From Vicugna vicugna (lineage: Eukaryota): DNA of 64,000 nt. The stretch's first letter is position 1; every line of letters begins with the position of its first letter. The translations under genes were made by a program, and so were the position numbers. The notes beneath the pieces were generated by a model. That model was not told where the DNA came from, did no database searches, and saw only the letters and a program-made list of their open reading frames with translations. Shown piece after piece: positions 1 through 12,560 of this stretch. The stretch lies in assembly GCA_013265495.1 (NCBI GenBank), contig MU058252.1, positions 1,708,244-1,772,243 of the forward strand, written 5' to 3'.

Positions 1-221
1 GTCTGAGGCGTCCAGTGTGTTGATTTGGTGCATGTATGTATTGCAAAATGGTGCCCACCACCGCATCAGCTAACACCTCAAACCTGTCTCTTTTCTTTTT
101 TTGCCCCATGGTGAGAAGGTTTACAGTCTACTGTCTCAGAAACTTTCCAGCGTAGACCACAATATTCTTAGCTATAATCACCAGGCTGTACGTTAGGTTC
201 TTGGAACTGGTCAATCTTGTA
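1..221 (-). mobile_element. Old L1 (L1MA/L1MB-type) 3' UTR fragment
   Basis: Resembles the reverse of an L1M 3' end (gtgagaaggtttacagtctactgtctcag...tagctataatcaccaggctgtacgttagg). Confidence 0.65.
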
Positions 222-445
222 AGTGTCCCAGGCTTTTTCTGAGGAAGGAGCTGCGGGCGATGGAATGTTGACCAGGGCTGGCTGAGCCCGTGAGGAGACG
301 TGGCTGCCCCGCCTGCTCCACTGGTTCCCTGCAGTTCTCACGTGATCTGTCCATTGAAGCCACTCTCCCCATCAGTTTCACTGGACGAGTTCCTTGTTGC
401 CTCTAAAGTTCGTTTTGGATCTCCTTAAATTGATAGCTGCTTGGA

Positions 446-560
446 GGGGGAGGGTATTGCTCAAGTGGTAGAGCACATGCTTGACATGTGTGAGGTCCTA
501 GGTTCAATCCCCAGCACCTCCTCCAAACAGAAATAAATGAATAACCCCGCCCCCACCCCA
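446..560 (+). mobile_element. tRNA(Ala)-derived SINE, camelid Vic-1-like
   Basis: Head gggtattgctcaagtggtagagc (A box), ggttcaatcc (B box), aaataaat tail; 13-bp TSD atagctgcttgga (433-445) / ataactgcttgga (561-573). Confidence 0.9.
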
Positions 561-964
561 ATAACTGCTTGGAAGTGTGTATTTTCTCTTGTCTCCCCGC
601 TGGACTTCTTGGTTCTCCATGTCTGTTCTGTTCCTCGTCTCCTCAACAGAACATCTCCTTGTTCCTCCAAGTCTCTGCACTTTGAGGAAAGGCCATCATG
701 TTGAAGCAGAGTGAGTGAGGCCAGCACTGGGCTTTCTGTGGGAACTGGACCTCCTGTAAGACTGGCTGGTCACTGGTCAGCATAGTCCCCGAGTTCCTGG
801 TTCCCGTGAAGAAAAATGATGCAAATTCTTCACCTGCCTCATCAGGGGAGGCGGGGTAATCATGCCTATGAACCATGAGAGAGTCTGAAGGAGAATGTGT
901 CATATTTGGACAAGAACTTTTTTTTAGTCGAAATGACCATTTTAATCCTGTGAGGGAGGTTGTT

Positions 965-1175
965 AGCCTGTGCTTTGAAATCAGAAAGAGCGAGAGTTTA
1001 ATCCTGGTTCTGCCACTTATGAGCTGTGTGTGCCCAGCAGGTCCAGGTACTTAGTATTTTATGGCCTCAGTTCCATTGTTTATATCAAGGAGATGAAGGT
1101 ATGCACCTTGGAGAATCCTGACAGAGGAAATAGCCATTCTCAAAGGTGTTTGGTTCAGCACGTGGCACATGGCAC
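965..1175 (+). mobile_element. MIR SINE
   Basis: aatcctggttctgccacttatgagctgtgtg...gcctcagttcc core and cagcacgtggcacat end. Confidence 0.7.
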
Positions 1176-2264
1176 ATGGCAGACAATTAAAGGCAGAAGG
1201 AAATGATGGTGAAGATGAAGAGAATGGCCACCAAAAAGATGAAGCAAGCTGGAGAGGAGGAAGATGGGGAGGAGGAGGAAGTAACATTTCAACCTGGGAA
1301 AGTCACTGCCACTCTGAGCCTCGGTTCCCTGGTCAGTCTAACGGGGCTACCTGCACCTGTCTCTCTTTTTGTGACGATAAAGTGAAATAATGTATGAGAA
1401 AGGATCTCAGAAACCTCGAATTTCTATACACATATGATTTAGTAAACATAGTGTATATCTGTAAGTCATGTGACCTTTCCCAAGGGGTCACACACAGCGC
1501 CGGAGTGGGGGCGGTCACCCTGCAGAGTGATGCAGGTCCGGCTCTGTAAAATCTCACCTGCTCTCCAATTCCACAGACACACACCTGCCCTGCAATAAAC
1601 CAACTGGTATCCGCACTGTTTGCCATGTTCCACCCTGCGAAGCAGAACTTTCCATCCTTGTCAGCAGTCTTAATCGGAGTGATGAAGCCAGATGAAAAGT
1701 GTTTGAACATGCTAATGGGCTGACAGGAGATTAAATGGGTCCCTTAACAAATGACTCTCCACCTAGCCCCCAGAGTCCCCGCCTGCTGCGGCCGCACATG
1801 GGCAGCGCAGGTAATCCTGCCTGTTGGAGACATCCATACATCTCCCAGTCTTCGCTCTCGCCGGCCACCCGCGAGCCCGTGACAGCTGGAGAATTATCAT
1901 TCCTTCTCTGCACATTATTCCTCTAACTCTCTGTGGCCGTGGGGGTGGCGTGGTGAGGCTGCCCTGAGAATTACTGCCTTGCTGATCTATTTGTTCCCAG
2001 GCCACTTTTCCAGGCTGGTGACGGATTGCTCTCGATGGGGGAAAATCACATAGCGCACTTAAGACAGCAGTGACACATTTCTCATATTTGGGGTTCATTT
2101 GAAAAGCCTTAAAAATTAAAGTTTCCTGCAAAGGCTTGAAATGTACAAGAAGTTGAATGTTGAAACTTAAAATGTACATTTGTGGTGATTCCCGACTCAT
2201 AGTCAACATCTGGGGAAAGATGTTATGGCTGGGTAACTTAACTAACCCAGCTGCTCTGCATTTT

Positions 2265-2851
2265 GTTTCGGTTGGCGAAAAGTCTGATGGACTTCATATC
2301 CCAGGTCCGAATGATGTGGGTCCCCTGTAAAGGACCCTCTGCTCCCCACACAGCCCCCACTTCCTCTTCTACATGGAACTCCTAGGTTGTCCTGAAGCCT
2401 CCAGAGCCTCGTTCATGCTAAGCACACATTCTACTGCTGAATCATCCCCGTCCTTCACACATATTTAAAATAATAGTCCCTGACCCCTTCCTAAAGGGAT
2501 GTGTGACATTTTCTAGAAGAGCTGTACACTGGGGTAAGAGGAGTATGCAGAACTCAAGTTTCGGTTGGCGAAAAGTCTGATGGACTTCATATCCCAGATC
2601 CGAATGATGTGGGTCCCCTGTAAAGGACCCTCTGCTCCCCACGCAGCCCCCACTTCCTTTTCTTCATGGAACTCCTAGGTTGTCCTGAAGCCTCCAGAGC
2701 CTCGTTCATGCTAAGCACACATTCTACCGCTGAATCATCCCTGTCCTTCACACATATTTAAAATAATAGTCCCTGACCCCTTCCTAAAGGGATGTGTGAC
2801 ATTTTCTAGAAGAGCTGTACACTGGGGTAAGAGGAGTATGCAGAACTCAAG
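2265..2851. repeat. Head-to-tail tandem duplication, 2 x 293 bp
   Basis: gtttcggttggcgaaaagtctgatgg starts at 2265 and 2558; both copies end in gcagaactcaag; about 6 substitutions and no indel seen. Confidence 0.95.
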
Positions 2852-4621
2852 CTGACACTGACATCGGGACCTTGAACTGGAGTGGAGATGCGTGGAGCCA
2901 GGTGAGAGGCAAGGTTGTGGCCAAGTCCAGCCATCTCACAGCTGACACCTCCGACTCACAGCGCTTTATCTCTGCTCTCTACACAGTGACCAACTGCAAA
3001 GCCACTGAACCTCCCACTGTTAGATGATGACACTGTACCTGCATCGTTCCCTGCTTTGGCTAATTGCACACTGACCTCTCAAGGGCATGTCCATGTGAGC
3101 AAGTGTGAGGGCGGAGCAGGCGCCGGCGAGGTGGGGAGAGACTTTTGTCTTTTGCTGAGATTTCACTTAGCTTCTGGTAACAATAATAATCCAGTTCAAG
3201 GAGTCTTCCCCTCTTGTCCATCAAATCATGGCAGAAACAAAGCTTACTCGTGCATTAAGCTCTCATTTTTGGAGTTATTGAATTCAGAAGAAGATAATGA
3301 CAGCTGGCTGCAGGCTATTAAGAGAGCCCTTTACAACCGATCTTCAGCCAGGGCGTTCATCACCAGGAATGTCGCTAAATCTCACTTGTCGTTTTTCTAC
3401 AACATGACAAGCTCTCGTATTCAAAGTGCAGTCATGCCAATGAGAAGCGACCTTGTTCCTTCTGAGGCTGTAAAACCAAGCTCTTCCCAGCAAACTCCTG
3501 ACCCAATGCACTTTGTTTTTAAGAAATGCGGCAGATCCATGTCGGGCAGACAACTGTTAGCGCCCAGTTCGAGCGCCGCCCCGGGGGATGGAGTAAATGG
3601 CCTTTGACTGCCTTGTCTAGGGTTTTGGGATTTTTCCTCCCAGTGATTTTGGCCTATGGTCATGATACCAAGTGAGTCACTGTGAGTGAGATTTTGCACA
3701 GCTTGATTTCTGACATAACTTGGCAAGAATTTCCCTTGCTCAGAAGGTGGAGAAGACCATGAGAGTTGTTATTTTGAGAACAGCTTATGAGCAGAGCTAC
3801 CCTGGGGCAAAGTGCCTGCATCTCACAGGAATTCATAAGCCCAGGAAGGGCATCGCCAGACCCCTGCCCTAGAGCTCAGCAAAGAGACTTCAAGCTCGAG
3901 GAAGTGTGTGATCGCCAGGTCAGACACTTCACAGTGAAATACTCCTCAAGAAGAGAGGAAAACCACAGAAACCTTAAATGCTGGCGGTGTAGCTGCGAGA
4001 GGAACCAGCGGCTCACGCCAGGCATGTGGGCTTTGGGGTCATTTTCACCTTAAATCCTGTCTCTGGGACTTTCTAGTTTTCCCTCCGTAAATTAGGAATA
4101 ATCATACCCTCTTCATCCGAGAATTAGTGAGGACGTAAAGGAAGTTCCGAGAACAGGTGGTGTAACGAGACTTCTGGGCTGTCCGGGCACAAGCCGTGAG
4201 ACACTTCTGGGGCATCTGCAGCTGGCTCAAGCCTTACCCGTCCACTCAGGTGGCTTTTCAGTCTGTGTAGAAGTAGTTACTTCTAGTAATACTGCCTCTT
4301 GGGTCTCATTTAAATAATTTTTGCCTTTAAGCCCTTCTTCATAGGTACCAAATGGTGCTACATTTTAAGAGAAATACTCCAAAGAGGTCTTAAACGGACA
4401 CACAGAGCTGAGCTGGGTGGACAGGAAGGGCATGCTGAAGGCCGGTTCATTTTCGCCTGTGAGCAAAGCTCTCATCTAGTCAGAGCTGGCAGAGGGGTAC
4501 TTCTGTAAAGTTTCTGTAGTGGTCTTTTTGCTGCATGTGAGTCATCACCTGGATTCGGTACAGCTGAGTCCTGACGTGAGGCCCCACGTCCTGCTCCTGA
4601 TTTACTTTGGATCCAACCATT

Positions 4622-5165
4622 AAAAATATATATAATTGTTATAGATTATTTATTTTTTCCAATAAAAATTTTAAAAAATGTTTTTGAATTTTTTTGATTT
4701 ACAGCGTTGTACTAGTTTCTGGTGTACAGCATAGTGACTGTTACACATTTATATATTCTTTTTCATTACAAGCCATTGAATACAGCTCTCTGTGCTATAC
4801 AATAGGACCTTGTTGTTTATCTGTTCTGTACATAGTCATTTGTATCAGCCAATCCCAAACTCCAAATCTACCCCTCCGTCCCTCATTTCCCCGCTGGTAA
4901 CCATAAGTCTGTTTTCCATGTCTATGAGTCTCTTTCTGTTTTGTAAATAAGTTCATTTGTGTCAATTTTTTAGATTCCACATATAAGTGATATATGATAT
5001 TCGTCTTTCTCTGTCTGACTTACTTCACTTAGTATGATCATTTCTAAGTCCATCCATGATGCTGCAAATGACATTATTTCCTTCCTTTGTATGGCTGAAT
5101 ACTATCCCATTGTATATATCCACACCATGTCTGCTTTATCCAATCATCTGTTGATGGACAGTTAG
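4622..5165 (-). mobile_element. 5'-truncated artiodactyl-type L1 3' end
   Basis: gatttacagcgttgtactagtttctggtgtacagc...ttagattccacatataagtg...gatggacag; 14-bp TSD tggatcca(a/g)ccatt at 4608-4621 and 5166-5179. Confidence 0.9.
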
Positions 5166-5284
5166 TGGATCCAGCCATTCTTGACCTTGTCCTCAGTCAG
5201 CTGGAAGGGGCCGGGGATGACCTTACGAGAAAGGAGAGAGCGTGGGAGCTCAGACTCACAGCCTGTGTGATGCAAACAATGCTG

Positions 5285-5500
5285 AGTTCTGTCCACCAGT
5301 TAGTGCGTGCGGGCAGTATTCCAAGTTCTCCACTTACGTCAACTTCCTGAATCTTTACAACAAACTTGTGAGCCTGTGAAATCATTGTCTCTACTTCATA
5401 GATGGAGAAACTGAGCCACAGAGTTTCAGCTGCCAATGGGTACGCACATCACAAACGGCCAAACCAGGATGCACACTTGGGCAGTCTGGCCCCACGTGCT
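5285..5500 (-). mobile_element. MIR SINE
   Basis: tagatggagaaactgagccacagag core. Confidence 0.7.
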
Positions 5501-6324
5501 GGACCATTGCACTTGGGTGATTCTTCCTGCCCTTGGAGTTGGTTCATTAGGGTGATGAGGTGAGTTTGTCTTATAGATCAACATGCAGAAGTTTCCTCTC
5601 TGCTTTCTAGCACTCGAAGAAAACCATCCCTTATCTATCCTTGAAGTCTCCTCTTAATGGAACCTTCTCATTTTAGTTTAGTCCTTCACAGGTTTCTGCT
5701 GATGGAAGGTGAGTTGAGTGAACAGGTCGTGATGAGGTAAGACTGAAGAACACTGTCATCTTCTTTCTCTCTTGAGCACTTGTTTGCGGTTTATGGTTCA
5801 AACCTGTCCTTGAGCGTGGTGGCGTGCTGGGTGCCAGCGTGTGCCTCAGGGCATCTTGACTGTCAGGTGGTTGTAAGGACTCTTGCGGTCCGTGGAGTCT
5901 CAAAGAACAAGACGTTTCTCAGAAGTGATGTGAAGATGTTACAGTGAATTTTTGGACATGAGACCAGTGTTTTTTTTTTGATACAAGTCGCAAGCAATTT
6001 CTCAGTATATCTTCAGGGAAGCTGCTCTCCGTGTCTGAAAGTGTTTGGCATTCTCTGTTGGCCTGATAAACCCACAGGGCCCAGCACAAGCTTCTCAAAT
6101 GCAGCTAGCCTTTAGGTAACCCCATGTTCAAACCTGCACCCGCCATCCTGTGGAGAAAGTGCTCAGCTCCGCGACGCGCAGAGGGCAAAGCTGTCCTGCA
6201 GCCGCTCATCTCGGTGTTCAGGGAATGAAACCATGTTTTAGCAGGATGTACTTTTCTTCACTCTTTAGTGACAGTTTAAAAGTGAGCCGTGTGTGCTCAC
6301 CCCTGTGCTTCCCCAGTGTTTGTG

Positions 6325-6468
6325 GGCGCACGGATCCTCTGGGAACCGTGTTAAACGTAGACTCTGACTTAGAGGGTCTGGGGCAGGACCTGAGGTTCTG
6401 CATTTCTAACGAGCTCCTAGGTGATGCCAGTGCTGCGGTCTGGGGACCACCCTTTCAGCAGCAAGACT
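6325..6468. mobile_element. hAT-Charlie MITE (MER5A/B-like)
   Basis: ggtctggggcaggacctgaggttctgcatttctaacgagctcctaggtgatgcc...ggaccaccctttcagcagc. Confidence 0.75.
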
Positions 6469-6608
6469 CCAAAGTGCTGCTCTGTGTGGCCCCTCAACTT
6501 CCAGAATTCTCCAGCCTATGACTAGAAAGGCAGCTGTTTCAACAGCATCAATCCCCAAATAGATGCCCTGCTGTCTTTGTGTCCAGACCTTTATCTCTGT
6601 GTCCCTTC

Positions 6609-7470
6609 TGTTTTGGGTTGAATTGTGTCCCCCCTCCCCAAGATATGTTTGAGTCCTTACCCTTAGTACCTCAGAATGTGACCTTACTGAAAACAGGGTT
6701 TTTGTCACCAAGTTAGGATGGGGTCATTAGGGTAGACTCTGATCCACCATGACTGGTGTCCTTACAGAAAGGGTAAATTTGTGTCCTTTTTTTTCTTTTT
6801 TAGATTCCACATATGAGTGATATCACATGGCATTTTTCTTTCTCTTTTTGGTTTACTTCACTTAGAATGACGACCTCCAGGTCCATCCATGTTGCTACAA
6901 ATGGCAGTATTTTATTCTTTTTTATGGCTGAGTTGTATATATATATAAATATACCACAGCTTCTTTATCCAGTCATCCGTCGATGGACATTTAGGTTGCT
7001 TCCATGTCTTGGCTATGTAAATTTTTAAAAAAGAACACAAATGAACTTACTTATAAAACAGAGATAGACTCACAGACATAGAAAACAAACTTATGGCTAC
7101 CAGGAGGAAGAAGGGGTAGGGAGTTCAGGGATAAATTGGGAGATCAGGATTGGTAGATACTAATATATACAAAATAGATACACAACAAGGTCCTGCTGTG
7201 CAGCACAGGGAACTGTATCCAGTACCTTGTAGTGGCCTATAGTGAAAAAGAACAGGAAAAAGAATACATGTATATATGATAAATAAATCATGATGCTGTA
7301 CACAAGAATTTAACACAACATTGTAAGTCAACTATACTTCAATAAAGAAGGGTAAATTTGGACAATGAGCCAGACAAGCACAGAGGAAGGACGGTGGGAA
7401 GAGATGTAGAGGGAACACACGTGACCCTGAAGGCAGAGACCGGGTGGGGCGGTTACATCCCTGTGGGAGC
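6609..7470 (+). mobile_element. MaLR solo LTR (MLT1B-like), split by an L1 insertion
   Basis: tgttttgggttgaattgtgtcccc...cctcagaatgtgacctta...gactggtgtccttac; resumes after 7348 (aaatttggaca...gaaggcagagac). Confidence 0.85.
6782..7347 (+). mobile_element. Twin-primed (5'-inverted) L1 insertion
   Basis: 6782-7021 is antisense L1; 7026-7347 is the sense 3' end to cttcaataaa; 13-bp TSD aagggtaaatttg at 6769-6781 and 7348-7360. Confidence 0.9.
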
Positions 7471-7859
7471 CTTTGAATGAAGGTCCTGCCTGCAGCTCCT
7501 CTGCGTCACGTGCTCGGGGCACCGCCTTTCCAGGGGTAGTAGCTGGACTAGCTCGCGCAGCTGGGCTGGGGAGGGGCTGAGAGTCTGACTCTGACTTTGG
7601 GTGGTCTGTAGGGCAGCGTGACCTTTGCCTAGCATCTCAAGGTCATCTTTTTCACCGCCTCCTCTCTCTCCTCAGGTGATCATCCCCACCCCCGCAACTT
7701 ACCAAAATCCTCCCAGTTCTTTCTTAGTTCTCAAAATAGGGTCTGGGGCAGGACCTGCATAGCATGCATATGCACTCACTTACTCGGTAAAAATTGATTA
7801 ATCACTTGTTAAATTTCAGGCATAGCTTTAGGCTTGTTTCAATTAAACATGACACAGGG

Positions 7860-8077
7860 GGACAGGGGTGGGAGTTCGAGTTTTGCAGATTCAAATATAC
7901 ATAAAATGGATAAACAACTGTACTGCACTGTATCGCACGGGGAGCTATATTCAATATCTTGTAGTGACCTATAATGAAAAAGAATATGAATGTATGTGTG
8001 TATATGGATGACCGAATTGTTGTGCTGCGCACCAGAAACTGACACAACATTGTCAACTGACTAGACGTCAATTAAAG
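7860..8077 (+). mobile_element. Short 5'-truncated L1 3' end
   Basis: L1 terminal ~220 bp; perfect 15-bp TSD aaacatgacacaggg at 7845-7859 and 8078-8092. Confidence 0.9.
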
Positions 8078-8720
8078 AAACATGACACAGGGACGCCTCC
8101 CTCCGACTCCACTCTGGAAGCACACACGCCCAGAGCCCTGAGGACGACGGCTGGGGTCCTCACCTGGGCAAGTTATACTGCGGTGATCGGACTTGGGGAG
8201 GAAGGTGCCGGCCCAGGATGGGCTCTGGGGGTGAGAGACGCGTGCGGAGGCCACGACACGCTCGCTGTGTTCGTGCCCGCCCCCCCCGGGCCGTGGCCCC
8301 AGCTGGCTCTGCGCGCTCGCCAACGGATTGTTAGAAACTTCCGTTCTTTCTTGCTCTTTAAGACACTTGCGTTGGTTCATCTTTTTGGTTGCATGCTTTC
8401 CTCAAAAACGTTCAGTGAGGAATTCTACTAGGTATTTGGTTAGATTGACTATTTCTTTATGAATATTAAAACTCATTCCCAGCACCGACGTCATCATTCG
8501 AGTCAGGCACAGTGACCCAAACCTTGATACAAAGTACATGCGTTGTTTTAGGTACAGAAATTTTCTTTCCTTCAAAATCTTAACAGGAGATTCATGTTCT
8601 ATATTTAAAAAATGTCCTTTTTCTGTTTCACTGAAAGGAGGCAGCAGATTTTAGTTTCTGGGTGTCTGCCCCAGGAACTGGGTCTAGAGATCTTAAAAGT
8701 CCCACCTCTGCATCCTCTAA

Positions 8721-8782
8721 ACACACACACACAGACACACACAGACACACACAGACACACACACACACACACACACACAGAC
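8721..8782. repeat. Interrupted (CA)n microsatellite
   Basis: AC run with periodic AG interruptions (acacacacag units). Confidence 0.95.
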
Positions 8783-10439
8783 GGGGAGGGGGGGAGGGGC
8801 TGTTTTCTGAAGGGTTTGAGCCTTGGGGCAGGAAGGGGAGCAGATGGTGGAGTTTGACAGAGCAGAGGAGGGAAATCCTGGTCTAGATTAATTCCTGGGG
8901 GTGGACTTAGCTGTGAGGTGAGCGGCCCACGCTCCAGCCAGCCGGAGGAGTGAGTGCTCTGTCCTGGGAGGGGCACTGGGCAGCACATCACAGCCTCCAC
9001 CACGGGGTGGGGATGAATGGGTCAGAGCCAGCGGTGACTCTAGATGGTGCTGCTCCTGGTGTCTTGTCTGCAGGGACTCTCTGTCCTTGACGATTAGACC
9101 TTGCACCAAAGGATGCAGCCACACGGTGCTTCCTTCATCAACAGTCACACCACGAAAATAAAAAAAGTTAGCTGAACTAAACAGTGCGCTTAGTGATAGC
9201 TGACTTTCACGCTCTGGCACCGGCTCATCTCTCCGTGACCCGGAACGGTCTGCAGACTGGCGCGGTCAGCAAGCCGCTGTGGGGAACGCTGCCCTAGACC
9301 AGCTCTGCTCAGGAAATCGCTCTGGGTCTTTGCCTCTCAGCTCTGTTTGTGAAGTTAATCATTCTCTGACTTCCAGAGTCTGGGGAGAGCAGCTTTGCCC
9401 ACCCTCTGCTTTCCTAACACACGTTTTCCTTTTTTTCCCCCCAGGGTGGGGAGGTTGATTCATCTTAGCAGATCCTGTCAGATCGTGTCTGACTGCATGT
9501 ATTTAGTCTTCTCAAACGTCCAATCTCTGTCAGCCGAGGAACGTCTGTGATGGACAATACGCCGATCACTGCAGGGCCTGTCGGTTTAATTCTTCTTGGT
9601 TATATTCATGCTGGGCCATCATTCAAGTTTATTGATGCTGTCTGGTCATGTATCTGGGATTTATAGTTAGCTAAATCCATCCTACGTAGAGAGACCACCA
9701 ACAGCTTAGCTATCTTTTCAGAATCTTTTTGCATGAGAAGTGTTATTCAATGATTACAGACAGCTCCTTCATAAATAAGCACTTGCTTCTGTAAGTTTCC
9801 TCTCTGGAGCCCTGGACCAGGAGTCTGGGAATTTGGGGTTTTTTTGTTGTTGCAATCCTGTGTCTGCCCTGCCTCTCGCAGCTGAGTTAAAAACCCACTC
9901 TCTCCAGTCCAAGTGTTCCATTCCTAGTCCTCGGAATATTCTTGAGAATTGCATACAAGTTCACTAGGAAGCCCTGAATTATTGTTGTGTATGTGGCCAC
10001 TGGCTTTCATGTCGAGTATGAAGTGCCTGGATTTCAGACAATTAGAAGGAAACAGAGAGAACAGAGGGTAACAGGCTCATGGAGGTTGGCGCTGAAATGA
10101 ACCTGGACCAGTCCGGTGTTCGTCCTGGCCGCACATGGCCATCCTTAGAGACGGAGTGATTCTGAGTCATCAGTGATGTCCAGCCTCAGTATGTCCTTAA
10201 AGCCTGATGGATGATTCTTATGTTCATCACGGTTTAAAAGCCATGGATGACATCCTCTCTCAATCTCCAGAGAGGACACTGGAGGCGAAGAGCCGTGGAT
10301 GTGCAGTGAGCCTCCGCCCCCAGGTTCTTACCAGTGGGAACTGGAATGCAGGTTTTGGGGAAGGACCACGAAGCCAAGGCGTTGGGTTTGTCCAGTCCAA
10401 ACATTCTAGCAGCAGCACTTGAATGGAAGCTCTGGGCCA

Positions 10440-10600
10440 AGTCCCATGCTAAGCCTTTTAAAATAAAACTATAATTCTGTGCAGCTGGTGTTACTATCAT
10501 CATTTTAATATGGGAAAATGGAGACCCAGGAAGGCTGAACAATTTGACCAAGATGATGTAGATAGTCAGCAGGAGTCAGGGGCTGGACTCAAGGCTCTGG
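10440..10600 (-). mobile_element. MIR SINE
   Basis: cattttaatatgggaaaatggagacccaggaaggctgaacaatttgaccaag. Confidence 0.65.
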
Positions 10601-10849
10601 CAGAGGATTTCTGTTCTTACCCTCCCTGCCGGAGAAAAAACACCAATTAGGGGCTCACCGGGGAGCCCCTAATTCCCTTTGGAAGGCAGATTATACAAAG
10701 TATGTGTGTGAGCAGTCATGGCAATCCAAGCACGGTGGCTGGCAAATTTAATATAATATGATTGTGCAAGAAAAGAAAACCATACATAATGGAACAGGGA
10801 GAAAAAGACGGGCTCAGAGAAGAGAAGTAGGGGACGTGATGAATGCTCG

Positions 10850-11160
10850 ACGGTCCCTGGGAGGTGATGACCAAGAAGAGACTGACCAATGGGGCACCAG
10901 ACACACGAGGTCACCAGCAGTTTCCTAGTCCCAGAGACTCCTCGCTGGGGGGGGGGGCAGCACACACCATTCAGGGTCTGGGAGGAGGGGCACTTGGGAA
11001 CAGAGTGAACACGTAGGAGCCATGGGAGGCAAGCTTTGTAGTGACAAGAGAGTGGGTGACCTTGGTTCCCACAAAACGATGAGATTGGTCTGTGTGAATA
11101 ATTCCACAGGCCAGTAGGGAACCAGAACCCACTACTCACAGGCAAGCAGGCACTGTGCTT
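10850..11160 (-). mobile_element. ERVL-class solo LTR fragment (MER54/74/77-like group)
   Basis: gggaacagagtgaacacgtaggagccatgggaggcaagctttgtagt...gattggtctgtgtgaataattcc resembles this group; boundaries approximate. Confidence 0.55.
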
Positions 11161-12244
11161 CGTCCCTGTGATGGAGGGTTTTGCCTGGAGGATCTCACCT
11201 GCGGGAGCAGAGCAAGCTGGGGGACTCAGATCTAGACCATTCCAGGTCTCCCGATTTTACCCGATGTCAAAGCAGCATATAATACTGAGCCTGAATTTCA
11301 GATCTCAGACCACAGCCATTCCATCCTCAGAAGGTTGTGGTACCAATGCTGGGATCATAATGTGAAACCAGAAAGCACGCCTTCAACGTAGGATGCCCTC
11401 TAGAGGAGAGCCAGGAGCTCATTAATTGCTAATTTGCTTTCTTTCTGTAGTTGTGTGGAGTAATTCAAATCTGACATTTTAATTTTGCTTTACAACCACA
11501 CATTCACTTTTCCAAGTCTGTGAGAGGGAGCAAGACAGCTCACGTCTCATTTCTCCTCTGTGACTCACTGCGTCCTGGCCTGTCTGCCAAGTGGGACAAG
11601 ATACTGAGGCCCTGATCGTATGAAAGAATTTCACGCTTAGACTTTTTTTTTCTTGAAAAAAAAGTCCTACCTAAAGAACTGGAGGAATTAAAAAATAAGG
11701 GCCAAATACAATTTCCGATTTTCATTAAAAGATCATTTTTTATGTTCAACTGTCACCAACTCTTCTCTTATTTCAACATTTAAAGTGAAGGCCAGAGTGC
11801 AGCTTTACTCCCCAAATGGGTCGGACCTCTTGACCCCACCGAGTGTAACAGCTGCCAGTCGACCATGTGGCATCTCGTGGAGGGTGACAAAGGTGTGTGG
11901 TCAGGTGACAGAGCACAGCGAACTTGAAAGCCTTTCATTCGGGCTAAAACCAAAGGGATTCAGAGCTTTGCACAGAACATTTACTCCAGATTTAGAAAAG
12001 GAAGTTAAAGCAAGAAACAGCATGAGAGTTTATGTATTTGTAGATGAGGGGATAAAATGGAAAAAAAAATTGTAGTCCAAAGTCATGGGCCTAGATTTGA
12101 GAGCTGACTCCATCAATTATTCACTGCTCAGATTTAAAGGCAAGTCGTCCATCCTCCTTCAGCCCAGGGTCCTTGTGTATAAAAGGGGTACATTATCATC
12201 TGCCCTGTAATCCGGCTGGATTGAGGACACCAGAGGGGAAGTGC

Positions 12245-12560
12245 TATTCATTTGTTCATTTACTCAGGTATCTGTGCACCTGCTAGGGTGCGGGCCACTG
12301 TTTTGGGCAGAGTGAACACAGCAGCGTCAAAACAGACCCAAGATCTGCCTTCATGGTATAGACAATGAACAACAAAGGAGATGCTACGATTTTCAGCTAG
12401 TGGTAAGTGTTATGGAGAAAAACCAACTCAGGGAACAGAGTAGGGAGCATGGTGGAGATGAGAGGGGTGACATCTTAGGTAGAGTGGTCAGGAGGAGAAA
12501 AGGGTGCCTGGGGGAATCTGCCCTGTCCTGGAGCCGGGAAGAGCTGAGGACGGTTCCCCA
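12245..12560 (-). mobile_element. L2 3' end
   Basis: attcatttgttcatttactca...tgtgcacctgctag...gtaagtgttatggagaaaa. Confidence 0.7.

Noticed and set aside
446..535. tRNA-Ala gene (also near 24000, 43300, 57120)
   Set aside because: Degenerate stems, attached SINE tail and flanking TSDs mark these as SINE copies.
3056..3607. 183-aa ORF as a CDS
   Set aside because: Non-ATG start, no recognisable domain or splice structure; more like non-coding regulatory sequence.
6373..7757. Identical 20-mer agggtctggggcaggacctg at ~6373 and ~7738 as a dispersed direct repeat
   Set aside because: The motif is a MER5-type core, so shared repeat ancestry is sufficient.
9420..9560. Strong plus-strand acceptor (tttttccccccag at ~9443) as a coding exon start
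   Set aside because: Stops in all frames within ~110 nt and no convincing donor or recognisable peptide.
11640..11666. 11-bp-arm hairpin (and palindrome aaaggatatccttt near 57248) as a terminator or structured RNA
   Set aside because: Made of homopolymer A/T runs or SINE-tail decay; expected by chance, and bacterial terminators are irrelevant here.
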